A DNA stretch of 64,000 nt from Cyanophora paradoxa CCMP329 (taxonomy: Eukaryota; Plantae; Glaucophyta). Every line of letters starts with the position of its first letter. The first letter of the stretch is position 1. The stretch spans positions 545,596-609,595 of the forward strand of contig QPMI01000015.1 of the NCBI GenBank assembly GCA_004431415.1, given 5' to 3'. Below the pieces are notes generated by a model. The model saw only the letters and a program-made list of their open reading frames with translations, did not search any database and had not been told where the DNA came from. Shown here one piece after another: positions 12,001-23,729 of this stretch. The position numbers and the translations under genes are program-made.

Positions 12001-15000
12001 GGGCTGGGCGACGGGCTCGGGCGACGCTGGGCGACGGGCTCGGGCTGGGCGACGGGCTCGGGCTGGGCGACGGGCTCGGGCTGGGCGACGGGCTCGGGCT
12101 GGGCGACGGGCTCGGGCTGGGCGACGGCTCGGGCTGGGCGACGGGCTCGGGCTGGGCGACGGGCTCGGGCTGGGCGACGGGCTCGGGCTGGGCGACGGGC
12201 TCGGGCTGGGCGACGGGCTCGCGGCTGTGGGCGACGGGCTCGGGCTGGGCGACGGGCTCGGGCTGGGCGACGGGCTCGGCGGCGACGGGCTCGGCTGGGC
12301 GACGGGCTCGGGCTGGGCGACGGGCTCGGGCTGGGCGACGGGCTCGGGCTGGGCGACGGGCTCGGGCTGGGCGACGGGCTCGGGCTGGCGACGGCTCGGG
12401 CTGGCGACGGGCTCGGGCTGGGCGACGGGCTCGGCTGGGCGACGGGCTCGGGCTGGGCGACGGGCTCGGGCTGGGCGACGGGCTCGGGCTGGGCGACGGG
12501 CTCGGGCTGGGCGACGGCTCGGCTGGGCGACGGGCTCGGGCTGCTGGCGACGGGCTCGGGCTGGGCGACGGGCTCGGGCTGGGCGACGGCTCGGGCTGGG
12601 CGACGGGCTCGGGCTGGGCGACGGGCTCGGGCTGGGCGACGGGCTCGGGCTGGGCGACGGGCTCGGGCTGGGCGACGGGCTCGGGCTGGGCGAGGCTCTG
12701 GACGGCTCGGGCTGGGCGACGGGCTCGGGCTGGGCGACGGTCGGCTGGCGACGGCTCGGGCTGGCGACGGGCTCGGGCTGGGCGACGGGCTCGGGCTGGG
12801 CGACGGGCTCGGCTGGGCGACGGGCTCGGGCTGGGCGAGGCTCGGGCTGGGCGGGCTCGGGCTGGGCGACGGGCTCGGCTGGGCGACGCTCGGTGGGCGA
12901 CGGGCTCGGGCTGGGCGACGGGCTCGGGCTGGGCGACGGGCTCGGGCTGGGCGACGGGCTCGGCTGGGCGACGGGCTCGGGCTGGGCGACGGGCTCGGGC
13001 TGGGCGACGGGCTCGGGCTGGGCGACGGGCTCGGGCTGGCGACGGCTCGGTGGGCGACGGCTCGGCTGGGCGACGGGCTCGGGCTGGGCGACGGTGGCTG
13101 GGCGACGGCTCGGCTGGGCGACGGGCTCGGGCTGGCGACGGGCTCGGGCTGGGCGACGGGCTCGGGCTGGGCGACGGGCTCGGGCTGGGCGACGTGGCTC
13201 GGGGGCTGGGCGACGGGCTCGGGCTGGGCGACGGGCTTCGGGCTGGGCGACGGGCTCGGGCTCGCGGCTCCGGGCGACGGGCTCGGGCTGGGCGTCTCCT
13301 GGCGACGGGCTCGGCTGGGCGACGGGCTCGGGGCTGGGCGACGGGCTCGGGCTGGGCGACGGGCTCGGGCTGGGCGACGGGCTCGGGCTGGGCGACGGGC
13401 TCGGGCTGGGCGACGGGCTCGGGCTGGGCGACGGGCTCGGGCTGGGCGACGGGCTCGGGCTGGGCGACGGGCTCGGGCTGGGCGGACGGGCTCGGGCTGG
13501 GCGACGGGCTCGGGCTGGGCGACGGGCTCGGGCTGGGCGACGGGCTCGGGCTGGGCGACGGGCTCGGGCTGGGCGACGGGCTGGCTCGGCGCTGGGCGAC
13601 GGGCTCGGGCTGGGCGACGGGCTCGGGCTGGGCGACGGGCTCGGGCTGGGCGACGGCTCGGGCTGGGCGACGGGCTCGGCTGGGCGACGGCTGACGGGCG
13701 GCTGCGACGCGCTCGGGCTGGCGCGGCGGGCTGGCGAGGGCTCGGGCGGGCGACGGGCTCGGGCTGGGCGACGGGCTCGGGGGCGCGGCTCGGGCTGGGC
13801 GACGGGCTCGGGCTGGGCGACGGGCTCGGCTGGGCGACGGGCTCGGGCTGGGCGACGGGCTCGGCGGCGACGGGCTCGGGCTGGGCGACGGCTCGGGCTG
13901 GGCGACGGGCTCGCGCGCCGTGGGCGACGGGCTCGGGCTGGGCGACGGGCTCGGGCTGGGCGACGGGCTTCGGGCTGGGCGACGGGCTCGGGCTGGGCGA
14001 CGGGCTCGGGCTGGGCGACGGGCTCGGGCTGGGCGACGGGCTCGGGGCTGGGCGACGGGCTCGGCTCGGCGTCTCCGTCGGCGAGGGGCTCGGGCTGGGC
14101 GTCTCCGTCGGCGAGGGGCTCGGGCTGGGCGACGGGCTCGGGCTGGCGACGGGCTCGGGCTGGGCGACGGCTCGGCTGGGCGACGGGCTCGGGCTGGGCG
14201 ACGGGCTCGGGCTGGGCGACGGGCTCGGGCTGGGCGACGGGCTCGGGCTGGGCGACGGGCTCGGGCTGGGCGACGGGCTCGGGCTGGGCGACGGGCTCGG
14301 GCTCGGCGTCTCCGTCGGCGAGGGGCTCGGGCTGGGCGTCTCCGTCGGCGAGGGGCTCGGGCTGGGTTCTTGTAGCATCGATCGCCGTAATCGTTGGAGC
14401 CGTTGGCTCGCATCATCGTTGGGAATTCCTGGTGCGAAGACGCAGTAGATTGCGACTGCATCGGCCACCTGCACAATGGCTTTAGTGATTACAATAATTT
14501 AACGTATGTTTTCTATCTCGAATCTTTTGTGTCATTTATGGCCCTGACGTGTTATCAACGGGCACCGGACACGACGGCCAGCAATATCAAGGGCTCGCCT
14601 AGGCGGGGGCCGGATTAGGAACTTCGCATGGCCAAGACGCCCGGGACGGGTTCTATCTTACATATTTTCCTGGCAGAAGTTTATATCTCTTGCTGGAAGA
14701 AGAAGGGAATGGGGATGGGAGGGGGGGGGGGGGGAAGGCGTGGCGGAGGGGGGGGAGCGGGGGGGAGGTGGGAGGGGTAGGTCCCTTCCTCAGGAATCGA
14801 TGCTAGGCTTGAATCCTTAGGGCACGCCTAGGGACCGAGCCAGACGGGAAGAGAGAAGGAGGGGCGGGCGGTGGGCGGAGGGGGGTTGGAATGGGGGGGG
14901 GGGGGGGGGGGGGAAGCGGGCCGCACCCGAGTGCCCCCCGAGGCGCGGCACGTGGCCTCCGAGTGGCAGGCCGTGCCGGCTTCGATGGCCTCCCCCGGGG

Positions 15001-16055
15001 AGCAGCGGGCGACCTCGCATCTCCCCGACTGCCTCTGCAGGCCCGCGGCGGTCAGTGAGGATCGGCAATCGGCCCGCAGCGGATGGCAGGCCTCAATGTA
15101 AAGCCGGGCCGGGACGCGAAATGAGATAAAGGCTGCGTAGCTAGAATAGAGGCTGCATGGCCTGGGGTCTAGGCCCAGCTGCAGGCTTCGGCCTGGCCAT
15201 GGGTAGTCCCGGGTGGAGGCCTGGCTAGCGCTCGTGCTGGGGCGGGTTTCGAGGAGGCGTGGCTATGAGGCCCCATCGCGGGCCCAGGCAGGGGCGGGGG
15301 TAGGGTCCCGCGGGTGCGCACCACGGGCACAGTCCCCGGGGTCGCGCACTTTGAGACGCACTTGCCCGCAGCGGCGTCGACCTGCGCCGGACGGTCGACA
15401 TGAGTGCAGTTGCAAGCTCGAGACGAGAAGCTTAAGCGGGGCCGGGGCCAGGGCCGGGCGGGGTGAAGCGGCGCAGGGCGCACGTAAAGGCCGCCCGGGG
15501 CCCTGCAGGCGGGATCCGTGCAGGCGGCCCACGCGGCCACGGAGTCGCCGTCGGCGCAAACCGCGGCCTCGCAGCTCCTCGTCGCGTTCTGATCGAGCCG
15601 CGCCGATCGGTGTCAGCGTCTACGCAGCGAGCAGCAGGCATGGGTGCGGCACAGTCTCAGTCATGTCAAGCTTGGCCTATAGGCTATAGCTAGGAGCTGA
15701 TGGGCCGTCCGGCGAGCAAGCTTAAGCTAATCTGTAAAGCAGCTCATATGCATGATGACGCGCACGCACCACCGGTGTTGTCCCTGGCGTCTCGCATGCT
15801 CGTACACACTTGCCGGCCGCAAGGTCGACCTGCGAATAAACACGAGATTTGAATCGGAGCAGTGCGTCGTGCAGCAGCATGATGTGCGCTCACGTAATAC
15901 TGTTCGTTCTTGCAAGCTGCGGCGGTACACTCGAACCGGCCTGATGCTGCCGATGTCGAAAGAGCCTGGGGAGCGCGGCAACGCTGCGGCTGGGACGAGA
16001 CGCTAACTGCGGCTGTCGCGCAAAGGAGCACATAGAAGACCACTACGAGACGCAT
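1..16055 (-). CDS. Giant multi-exon cell-surface glycoprotein, polycystin-1/REJ-like with hydroxyproline-rich (SP)n shaft; 3' end lies beyond the window
   Basis: ATG 16055 gives signal peptide [22 protein letters not shown]. Cys-rich repeat exons follow ([16 protein letters not shown] / [16 protein letters not shown]), then RRSMLQ and (SP)n 14366-7860. Next come three ~105-aa FN3-like repeats (PAxPxIxxPxxDG...C...C...N.xG...F.T), filamin/Ig-like and possible PA14-like segments, and REJ-type motifs ([53 protein letters not shown]). The exons are joined by GT/GC-AG introns. Confidence 0.8.
1017..1265. repeat. ~65-70 bp AT-rich tandem repeat x4 spanning an intron 3' end and the start of the next exon
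   Basis: Four degenerate copies of TCCRCGGAACTYTAAYRGG.CTRAAATCCAATRTGTCAGAT.AAC... starting at ~1017, 1082, 1153 and 1218. Confidence 0.85.
7860..14366 (-). repeat. Coding minisatellite, 18-bp unit CCGAGCCCGTCGCCCAGC (Pro-Ser-Pro-Ser-Pro-Ser), about 360 units
   Basis: Continuous GGGCTGGGCGACGGGCTC repeats on +. Both flanks are unique protein sequence reading into SPSPSP ([13 protein letters not shown]... and ...[18 protein letters not shown]). There are many 1-nt indels in G runs. Confidence 0.95.
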
Positions 16056-16707
16056 CGTTGAGGAGTGGAATGGCTGGCTGTGGATGTCGGTGCCTCCCGC
16101 CATGCCATCCCGTGCCGCAGTGCTCGGCCCAGCTTCACACCTGCTGCCTGCGACGCTAGTCTGTGCTGGAGCAGGCGACGCGTACGCGAGCGTGCGCGCT
16201 CCAAGGATCCGCAGGCCTAGGCGAGCTGCTCACGCAGCGGGGTACTGCCGCAGTGCACCGGCGACCAGTAGTACGTCGGCGATTCGATATATCGATCATG
16301 AATATTAATGCCATATGCATGAATCCTCGAATTCCAACTAGGTACCGCAAGTACTACGAGCTGCCGCCGCCTGCGGCCTGCCCGGCCGCCCGCCGCCGCC
16401 CGGCCGCCGTCGACGTCGCCTTTCGCGGCCTTTGCGCATGCCCGGGCCCCGGGACGTCGACTGGCAGCGCTAGCTATAGCCTACCGGTTTACGTAGCGCT
16501 GGGCCGGCGGTGGCGGCCACTGGCGGGGCCAACCCGGCGGAATATCGATGAACTTAACGTATAACGCAATACATAACGCGGATCAGCGGGCGACGTACGG
16601 GCATGGAAGGGTGGGGGGCCGGGTTGGGGGGTGGAAAGGGTGGAGAGGGGGGGGGGGAAGGGAAAGTGGGGGGGAAGAGGAAGGGGGGAGGGAAGGTTGC
16701 GAGGCGG

Positions 16708-18815
16708 TCAGGGGTAGGGCCGGCGCCCCACGAGGAGCGCGTCGATCGCGGCCCGCGGCCTCGCGAGCTTTGTCGACGGCAGAGCGCTGCTCACGAGGTC
16801 GACTTTGACAGCGACCTCGGGACCCAGGCGCGCAAGGATCTGAGAGGAAAGAAGCTCAGGGGGGCGGAGGGGGCGGGGCGGGGCGGGGTGGAGCAGGGCC
16901 GGGGCACCTCGTAGGGTCGTAGGGCGGCGCTGGACTCGAGCGGCGGAGGCAACGCGAAGAGAAAAAGGCGGCGGAGGGCCGGGAGGGCCGGGAGGGCGGC
17001 GAGCGCCTCGGCCTCGGCCTCGGAGAACGGCCGGCTGAGGACCAGGTCGAGCCCCGCGAGGGAGCGCCGGGCGCCGGCGCTGGAGAGGAGGGCAGCGACC
17101 TCACCGGGGCCCGTGCTCCGCGCTTTGCGGAAGGGATCAGATCAGATCAGATCTGAGGCCGCGCGGCCCGGGCGGGCGGACGAACCGTGGAGCTCGATGC
17201 GGAGCCTGGAGAGGCAGGGCAGGGCCGCGATGGCCTCACCGAGGGCGCCGAGGGCGGCCGCGCTCGGGGCGCGGCCGTCCTCAAGGCGGAGGAAGAGCTC
17301 GCGCAGGCACGCGGCGCCGCCGAGGGCGCGGATGGCATCCGGTGACACGTCCTCGAGATAGAACTGCGGGCGGGGCGGGGCGGCTCGTGCTCAGCTGAAG
17401 GCGAGGAGAGACGGGGTCGGAGCACGGACCCGCAGCGGCTCGAGGCGCTCGAGCCTCGGCAGGCGCAAGACCGCGCGCGCGGCGGCTTCGGAGAGCTCCG
17501 CTCTAGCGAAGTGGTCCAAGCGGCGGGCGTCGACCTCCGACAGCCGCGGGAAGGCATCCGCCCTGAAGAAGGGCCTGAGGACCGGGGTCGCACCGCCACC
17601 GGCTCCAGTCGCTCCAGCCTCGGCAGGCGCGCCAGCGCGCGGAAGGCGGCCTCGGAGAAGTCTTTCGGCGCGAAGCGGTCCAAGCGGCGGGCGACGACTC
17701 TCGAGAGCCTCAGGAAGGCATCCGACCTGGACGAGGGCTTCAGGAGCGGATAGAACCGGAGTCTGCGAGAGACAGAGCGCACCCTCCGACCGCATCCTCG
17801 TCGAGAAAGAAGAGGCTGCGGAGGCTCCTGCCGGCGGGGCCGTCCGCGATCGTCCCGAAGCCGCCCCCGGAGGCGTCCACTTCGACACAGAGGTCCGAGT
17901 GCTCGTCGTTGAAGAGCAGCGCGAGCCGCTCGAGGTGCGCGAGGGGCGCCAGCGCCGCCAGCGCCGCCGACTCCGAATCGAAGTCGGGGCGGAAGCTGAG
18001 GGAGCGGAGGAGCGGGCAGGCGGCAGCGACGACCGCCGCGGCCTCCGGCGTGACTCCGTTGTGGACCGCTTGGAAGTAGAAGGTCAGGGAGAGCAGCTTG
18101 CCGAAGGGGGAGAGCGCGGTCCGCAGGTCGGAGGCCGGCGGTAGTGACATGTACAGGATCTGCGTGAACTCCCCGTTCCAGAGGCAGAGGTGGAGGCTCT
18201 CGAGGCGGCTGGGCGCGCCCCCCGGCGGCCGCAGCTCCCGCAGCGCTCCGAGCACGAAGCGGCTCAGGAAGTCCTCGCCGTAGCCGTCTTCCTCGTCCCC
18301 GTCTTCGGATCCGAGGACGCGGAAGACCACCTCCCGCGGCTGCGCCGACGCCGCTCCGCTGCCACCGCCGCCGCCGCTGCGGACAAGGGCCGCGAGGAGC
18401 CCGCAGGCCGCCTCCACCTCGCGCCAGCCGGCCCCGAGCGAGACGCTCGCGCCGTCGCCGAGACGCAGCTTCCGCTTCTCCACGAGCGCCGCCGCGGCTC
18501 CGTGTCTCGACGGCGCGGAGCCCGCGCCGGCGCCGCTAGCGCTCTTCTTGAGCTCCGGCTTCTTGTCGTCCGTTCGCAGCTCGAAGCTCGGCCACTCCGT
18601 CTCCTCGATCACCTGCCGCCACCGCCTGCGACCCGGCGGTCTCAGCAACGTTCAAAGAGCCTCGGAGGAGCGCGCGGCCGCGGGCGTTCGCTGGGCCGAA
18701 GTCAAAGGAGCGGATCGAACCTGCACACGCAGCGCAGGGGCCACATCGCCTGCGTTCCGAGCGTCTTGAACACGCTGCTGACCACCGCGTCCGGCAGCGC
18801 ATCAAGAGTGCCCAT
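16708..18815 (-). CDS. F-box/LRR (RNI-like) protein, copy A
   Basis: F-box LDALPDAVVSSVFKTLGTQAMWPLRCVCR|RWRQVIEE; LRR-like units (CPLLRSLSF, LAHLERLAL, LPRLERLE). One LRR exon is duplicated (17430-17730). Stop TGA at 16710-16708. The N-terminal MSSTSRA leader of copies B/C is absent. Confidence 0.75.
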
Positions 18816-19310
18816 GGCCGCGGCAGCCGCTCCGACAGCTGGAAGCGGGGCACGGCCGCTCGTGATCAGCAGCACGAACACCGCCGGCGCCGAGACAGCA
18901 GCGCCGAACCTCAATTGCAAGCGCTGAACCCACGCCGCGAGGCGCCGAGCCCAGCGCTGTCATCCGATGATCTACCCCCCCCCCCCCCCCTCGACGCCGA
19001 CGACGCGCTTTCAAGCCGGGAAGAATTATCATCTACCCCTCCCATTTACAGTATTCACGAACCCCTAGGCCTTCCGCCTCTACCCCCGGGGGTTACTGTG
19101 GCAACCCCCAAGCCTTCCGCACATGTACAGTGAATCGCACTTCGTCGTTCGATATCCCCTTCTGCCATCTGCATCATGATCATGATCACAAAAACAGATC
19201 GAGACGCGAGGGGGAACTCGGAAGCTGCTGGCCATGTGCGCCCCCGCTGAGGGCCGCCGGGCCTCCCTCGCGGTTGGCCGGCCGCGGGCCCGGGGCCGCC
19301 GGGCCCCGCG

Positions 19311-19895
19311 TCAGGCCGCCTCGATGGCCCGGATGCAGTCCACCACACTGCGCGGCGGGGCGCGGGGCGCGGGCGCGGTCAGCGGCCCTCGCGGGGGCGG
19401 GCGCGGGGCGGGGCGGGCCTGTCGCCGCGGAGGACGGCCTCCGTGAGGGCCTCCAGCGCCCCTGCGTTGTTCTTCAGCAGCGCCTGCCCGGCCCGAGGTT
19501 AGGATCGGCGCCGGGGGCCGGGGCCGGGGCCGGGGGGCGCGCACGGCGGCGGCGAAGACGCCCCACCGCGTCCGCTCCATCTGCTCCTTCCGCGCCATCG
19601 GCCTGCCCCCCGCCCCGGGGGCGCTCGTTCAGCAAGGGGAGGAACGACGAGGGCAGGGCGGGGCGGGGCGGGGCGGGGCGGGGGCGGACTGGGGCGCGGC
19701 GTTGAGGATGGCCTGCAGCTCGGCGAGGTCGGCCTGGCCGCCCCGCGCCTCGGGGTACTCCAGCCCCTCCCCCGCTATCCCCCCCACCGCCACCCACCGT
19801 CGAGGGGTGCCGGGGGTGAAGGAAGGAGGGGGTAGGCGCGTGTCGATTTGGTCGAGGGTCGGGCAGCCGTGGCGCCCCGGGGCCGTGGCGCCGCG
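19311..19895 (-). pseudogene. Partial copy (last exons) of the VIR3-like gene
   Basis: GEGLEYPEARGGQADLAELQAILNAAP, KEQMERTRWGVFAAA and SVVDCIRAIEAA* match 26242-26900; no 5' exons and no HExxH. Confidence 0.8.
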
Positions 19896-20160
19896 GCTTC
19901 TTCGAATCCGAACTCAAGTTCTTCTTCCGAAGTTCGAGCTGGAGGATAGGGGGGGGGGGGGGGATGAGAGGGGCGGGGGGGGGGGGGAGGGCGCAACGGG
20001 CGCACACGGGGGGGGGGGGGGGGGGAGGGGAGGGGGGAGGAGTGGGTGAGGCGGCCGCGGCGCACCGGGGGGGGGAGGGAAGGGGATGGGTGGGCGGGGG
20101 GGCGGGGGGGGAGGGGGGCGGGTTTGGGGAAGGGTGGGGAGCAGGGGGGGAGTGAGGCCG

Positions 20161-22325
20161 TCAGGTGTACGGCCGGCGCCCGGCGGCCGCGAGGAGCTCG
20201 TCGATCGCGGCCCGCGACATGTCGAACACGTCGGCGACTTTGATGGCGACCTCGGGACCCAGGCGCCCCAGGATCTGGAAGGAAGCTCAGGGGGGCGGGG
20301 CAGGGCGGGGCGGGTCCGGGGCACCTCGTAGGGTAGAAGGGCGGGGTTCAAAAGGTCGTAGGGTTGAAGGGTGGGGGTTAGTATCTGAGTGGAAGATCAG
20401 GGGGGCGGGGGGGGCGGGGTGGGGCGGGGCGGGGCGGGTGCGGGGCACCTCGTAGGGTCGCAGATTTTTGCTGGATTTGTTGTGGCAGGGGCGCAGGAAG
20501 AGGCGGCGGAGGGCGGGGAGGGCGGCGATGGCCTCGGCCTCGGCCTCGGAGAGCTGTCGCCAGAGGTCGAGCTCGAGCTCCGTAAGGGAGCGCCGGGCGC
20601 CGGCGCTGGAGAGGAAAGCAGCGACCACTTCGGGCCGCGAGTCTTCCGCTATGCAAAGGCGATCAGATCAGATCAGATCTGACCTGAGGCCGCGCGGACG
20701 GGGCGGGCGGGCGCACCGAGGTACTTCATCTTGACCGTGGAGAGGCTGGGCAGGGCCGAAAGCGCCTCGCCGAGGGCGGCGAGGGCGGCCGCGCTCGCGG
20801 CGGAATCGCCGTCCTTGCAGAGGCGGAGGGAGAGCTCGCGCAGGCCCGCGGCCCCACCGAAGACACGGACGGCCTCGAGCGACATGGTCTCGAGAGCGAA
20901 CTGCGGGCGGGGCGGGGCGGCTCAGATGAGGGCGAGGCGAGGCGAGGCGAGACGGGCGCGGGCCCGGCACGCGCACTCCTCCCATGCGCTCCAGCCTCGG
21001 CAGGCGCGCCAGCGCGCAGACGGCGGCCTCGGAGAGCTGTGCGTTCGCGAGGTCGTCCAAGCGGGGGACGTCGATGTCCGACATCCGCGGGAAAGCATCC
21101 GACCTGAAGGAGGGCCTGAGGAGCGAATCGGATCGGAGAGAGTGAGAGCGAGCGCACTCTCCGACCGCATCCTCGTCGAGAAAGAAGAGGCTACGGAGGC
21201 TCCTGCCGGCGGGGCCGTCCGCGATCGCCCCGAAGCCGGCCCCGGAGGCGAGGCCGAAGAGCGCGAGCCGCTCGAGGTGCGCGAGGGGCGCGAGCGCCGC
21301 CAGCGCCGCCGACTCCGAAGCAAAGTCCGGGCGGAAGCTCAGGGAGCGGAGGAGCGGGCAGGCGGCGGCGACGGCGGCCGCGGCCTCCGGCGTGACTCCA
21401 TCGCCCCGGGTGAAGCAGAGCGTGAGGGAACGCAGCTTGCCGAACGGGGAGAGCGCGGCCCGCAGCTCGTCTCCCGGCGGCAGATGCATGTCCATCTTAA
21501 ACAGCGTTCCAAAGAGACAGAGGTGGAGCCCCTCGAGGCGGCTGGGGGCGCCCCCCGGCGGCCGCAGCGCCCCCAGCGCTCCGACCACGAAGCTTCCTCG
21601 TCTTCCTCGTCCTCGGATCCGAGGACGTCTTCCGTAACCGTCTTCCTCGTCCTCGGAGGACGTCTTCTGTAGCCGTCTCAGGAAGTCCTCGCCGTAGCCG
21701 TCTTCCTCGTCCCCTTCCTCGGATCCGCGGACCCGAAAGGCCAACTCCCGCGGCTGCGCCGCCGCCGCTCCGCTGCCGCTGCGGCCGCCGCCGCGGACGA
21801 GGGCCGCGAGGAGCCCGCAGGCCGCCTCCACCTCGCGCCAGCCGGCCCCGAGCGAGACGCTCGCGCCGTCGTCGAGCCGCAGCTTCCGCTTCTCCACGAG
21901 CGCCGTCGCGGCGCCGTGTCTCGACGGTGCGGAGCCAGCGCCTCCCTCCGCGAGGTCGCCGTCGGATCCCTCGTCGGACTCCTCGTGGCCGGGCCTCTTC
22001 TTGTCCGTCCGCAGCTTTAAGCTCGGCCACTCCGTCTCTTCGATCACCCGCCGCCACCGCCTGTGACCCCGCGGCCTCAGCAACGAATTCGAAAAGGAGC
22101 TCGCGGGCGTTCGCGGGGCCGCAGTCAACAGAGCGAAGCGCACCTGCACACGCTGCGCAGGGGCCAGCTCACTCCCGGCCCCAGCGACTTGAACACGCTG
22201 CTCACCACCGCGTCCGGCAGCGCATCGAAAGTGCTCATGGCCGCGGCAGCCGCTCCGACAGCTGGAGGCGCTGCCGCCGGCTCAGCAACGCGGGCCCGCT
22301 TCGCCGCGCGCGAGGTGCTCGACAT
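20161..22325 (-). CDS. F-box/LRR protein, copy B
   Basis: MSSTSRAAKRAR...FDALPDAVVSSVFKSLGPGVSWPLRSVCR; same exon structure as the other copies. It has an internal rearranged duplication (EDEEDGYG, ~21590-21720) and a duplicated last donor/intron. Confidence 0.75.
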
Positions 22326-22817
22326 CGCCCGCTGGTTCTGTTCGATCCGCGGCGCTTGCGGTCAGCAGACATCAACACCGCGGGCTAACGGGAAAGCAGC
22401 GCCGACCTCAAGATCTAGAGCTGAACCCACGCCGAGGCGCGCCGATCGAGCCCAGCGCTAGCGGGCCGACTGAGCCGCTTTCAAGCCGAGCCGCATGCGC
22501 AAGCAGAGACAGATCTAGATCTAGAGCTCGAGACAAGGCTTTGCATGCCGACACGAAATGTCTACCCCCCTAGCCTCCCCTCAACCCCCTGATATCGATC
22601 ATGAGCTTGAAGGGATCTAGATCTCCTCTAGATCTATAGCTACGTATACCCCTGGCCTTCCGCACTTCATCGCTCGATATCCGATGATCCCCTTCCCTTT
22701 CTAGTTCTGCCATCTGCATCACAGATTTTTTTAAAACATCACAAATTTGAAAACACAAAAACCGCATCACATGTACGCCCCCCCGCTGAGGGCCCCCCTC
22801 GGGCTCCGGGCCCCGCC

Positions 22818-23640
22818 TCACGCCGCCTCGATGGCGCGGATGCAGTCCACCACACTGCGCGGCGGGGCCCGGGGCCCGGGGCGCGGTCAGCGGCCCTCGC
22901 GGGGGGGCGGGCGCGGGGCGGGCGGGGGCGGGGGCGGCGGGGCGGGCCTGTCGCCGCGGAGGACGGCCTCCGTGAGGGCCTCCAGCGCCCCCGCGTTGAT
23001 CTTCAGCAGCGCCTGCCCGGCCCGACGCTGGGCTCGGCGCCGGGGGCCGGGGCCGGGGCCGGGGGGCGCGCACGGCGGCGGCGAAGACGCCCCACCGCGT
23101 CCGCTCCATCTGCTCCTTCCGCCCGATCGCCCTGCCGCCCGCCGGGGCGCCCGTTCAGCAAAGGGCGGGGCGGGGCGGGGCGGGGCGGGGCGGGGCGGGG
23201 GCAGACTGGGGCGCGGCGTTGAGGATGGCCTGCAGCTCGGCGAGGTCGGCCTGGCCGCCCCGCGCCTCGGGGTACTCCAGCCCCTCCCCCGCAATCCCGC
23301 TCATCGCCACCACCGTGCACCTGCGGGAGAGAGAATGTCAGCCGGGTTACGATGTTAAGAAAACGAGGAGGGGGGTACGCGCGTGTCGATCTGGTCGAGG
23401 GTGAGGCGGCCGCGGCGCCCCGGGGTCGTCGCCGCCGCCTCGACATCCACGTCCGCAAACTGCACCGCCGTCACCGCCGCCTCCGTCGTGTACCTGTACC
23501 CCGGTTGAGGGGGGAGGGAGGGCGCACGACTTGACGGGGAGGCCGAGGGCGTACCCCGCCAGGACGTGGCTCGCCTCGGCTTCTCTTAGAAAACGAGGAG
23601 TGGGGTAGTGGGGTACGCCCGTGTACATCTCGTGATGCCG
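22818..23640 (-). pseudogene. Partial copy of the VIR3-like gene with disrupted HEASH motif
   Basis: Matches 26242-27040 exon for exon. RHEASHF is interrupted by an insertion resembling the gene's own downstream intron start (TTAGAAAACGAGGAG..GGGGTACG), leaving AEASHV. Confidence 0.8.
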
Positions 23641-23729
23641 CGGCTTCTTCGAATTCGAATTTGAATTCGGGCGCTCCAAGCAGGGGTGTGGGAGAGGGGG
23701 GGGGAGGGGGAGGGGAGGTGGCGAGGCGG

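Noticed and set aside
1017-14366. CRISPR-like interpretation of the 65-bp or 18-bp repeats
   Set aside because: The units are contiguous with no unique spacers, there are no cas genes, and the context is eukaryotic.
7283-14485. Five further ~2,000-2,400 aa ORFs over the repeat (e.g. 7283..14485 +) as separate genes
   Set aside because: They exist only because the 18-bp unit has no stop in any frame. Only the minus-strand SP reading joins sensible flanking exons.
19083-19112. GGGGGTT...AACCCCC hairpin as a Helitron or MITE end
   Set aside because: It is only ~30 bp, single-copy, and has no matching terminus; treated as one of the small local insertions.
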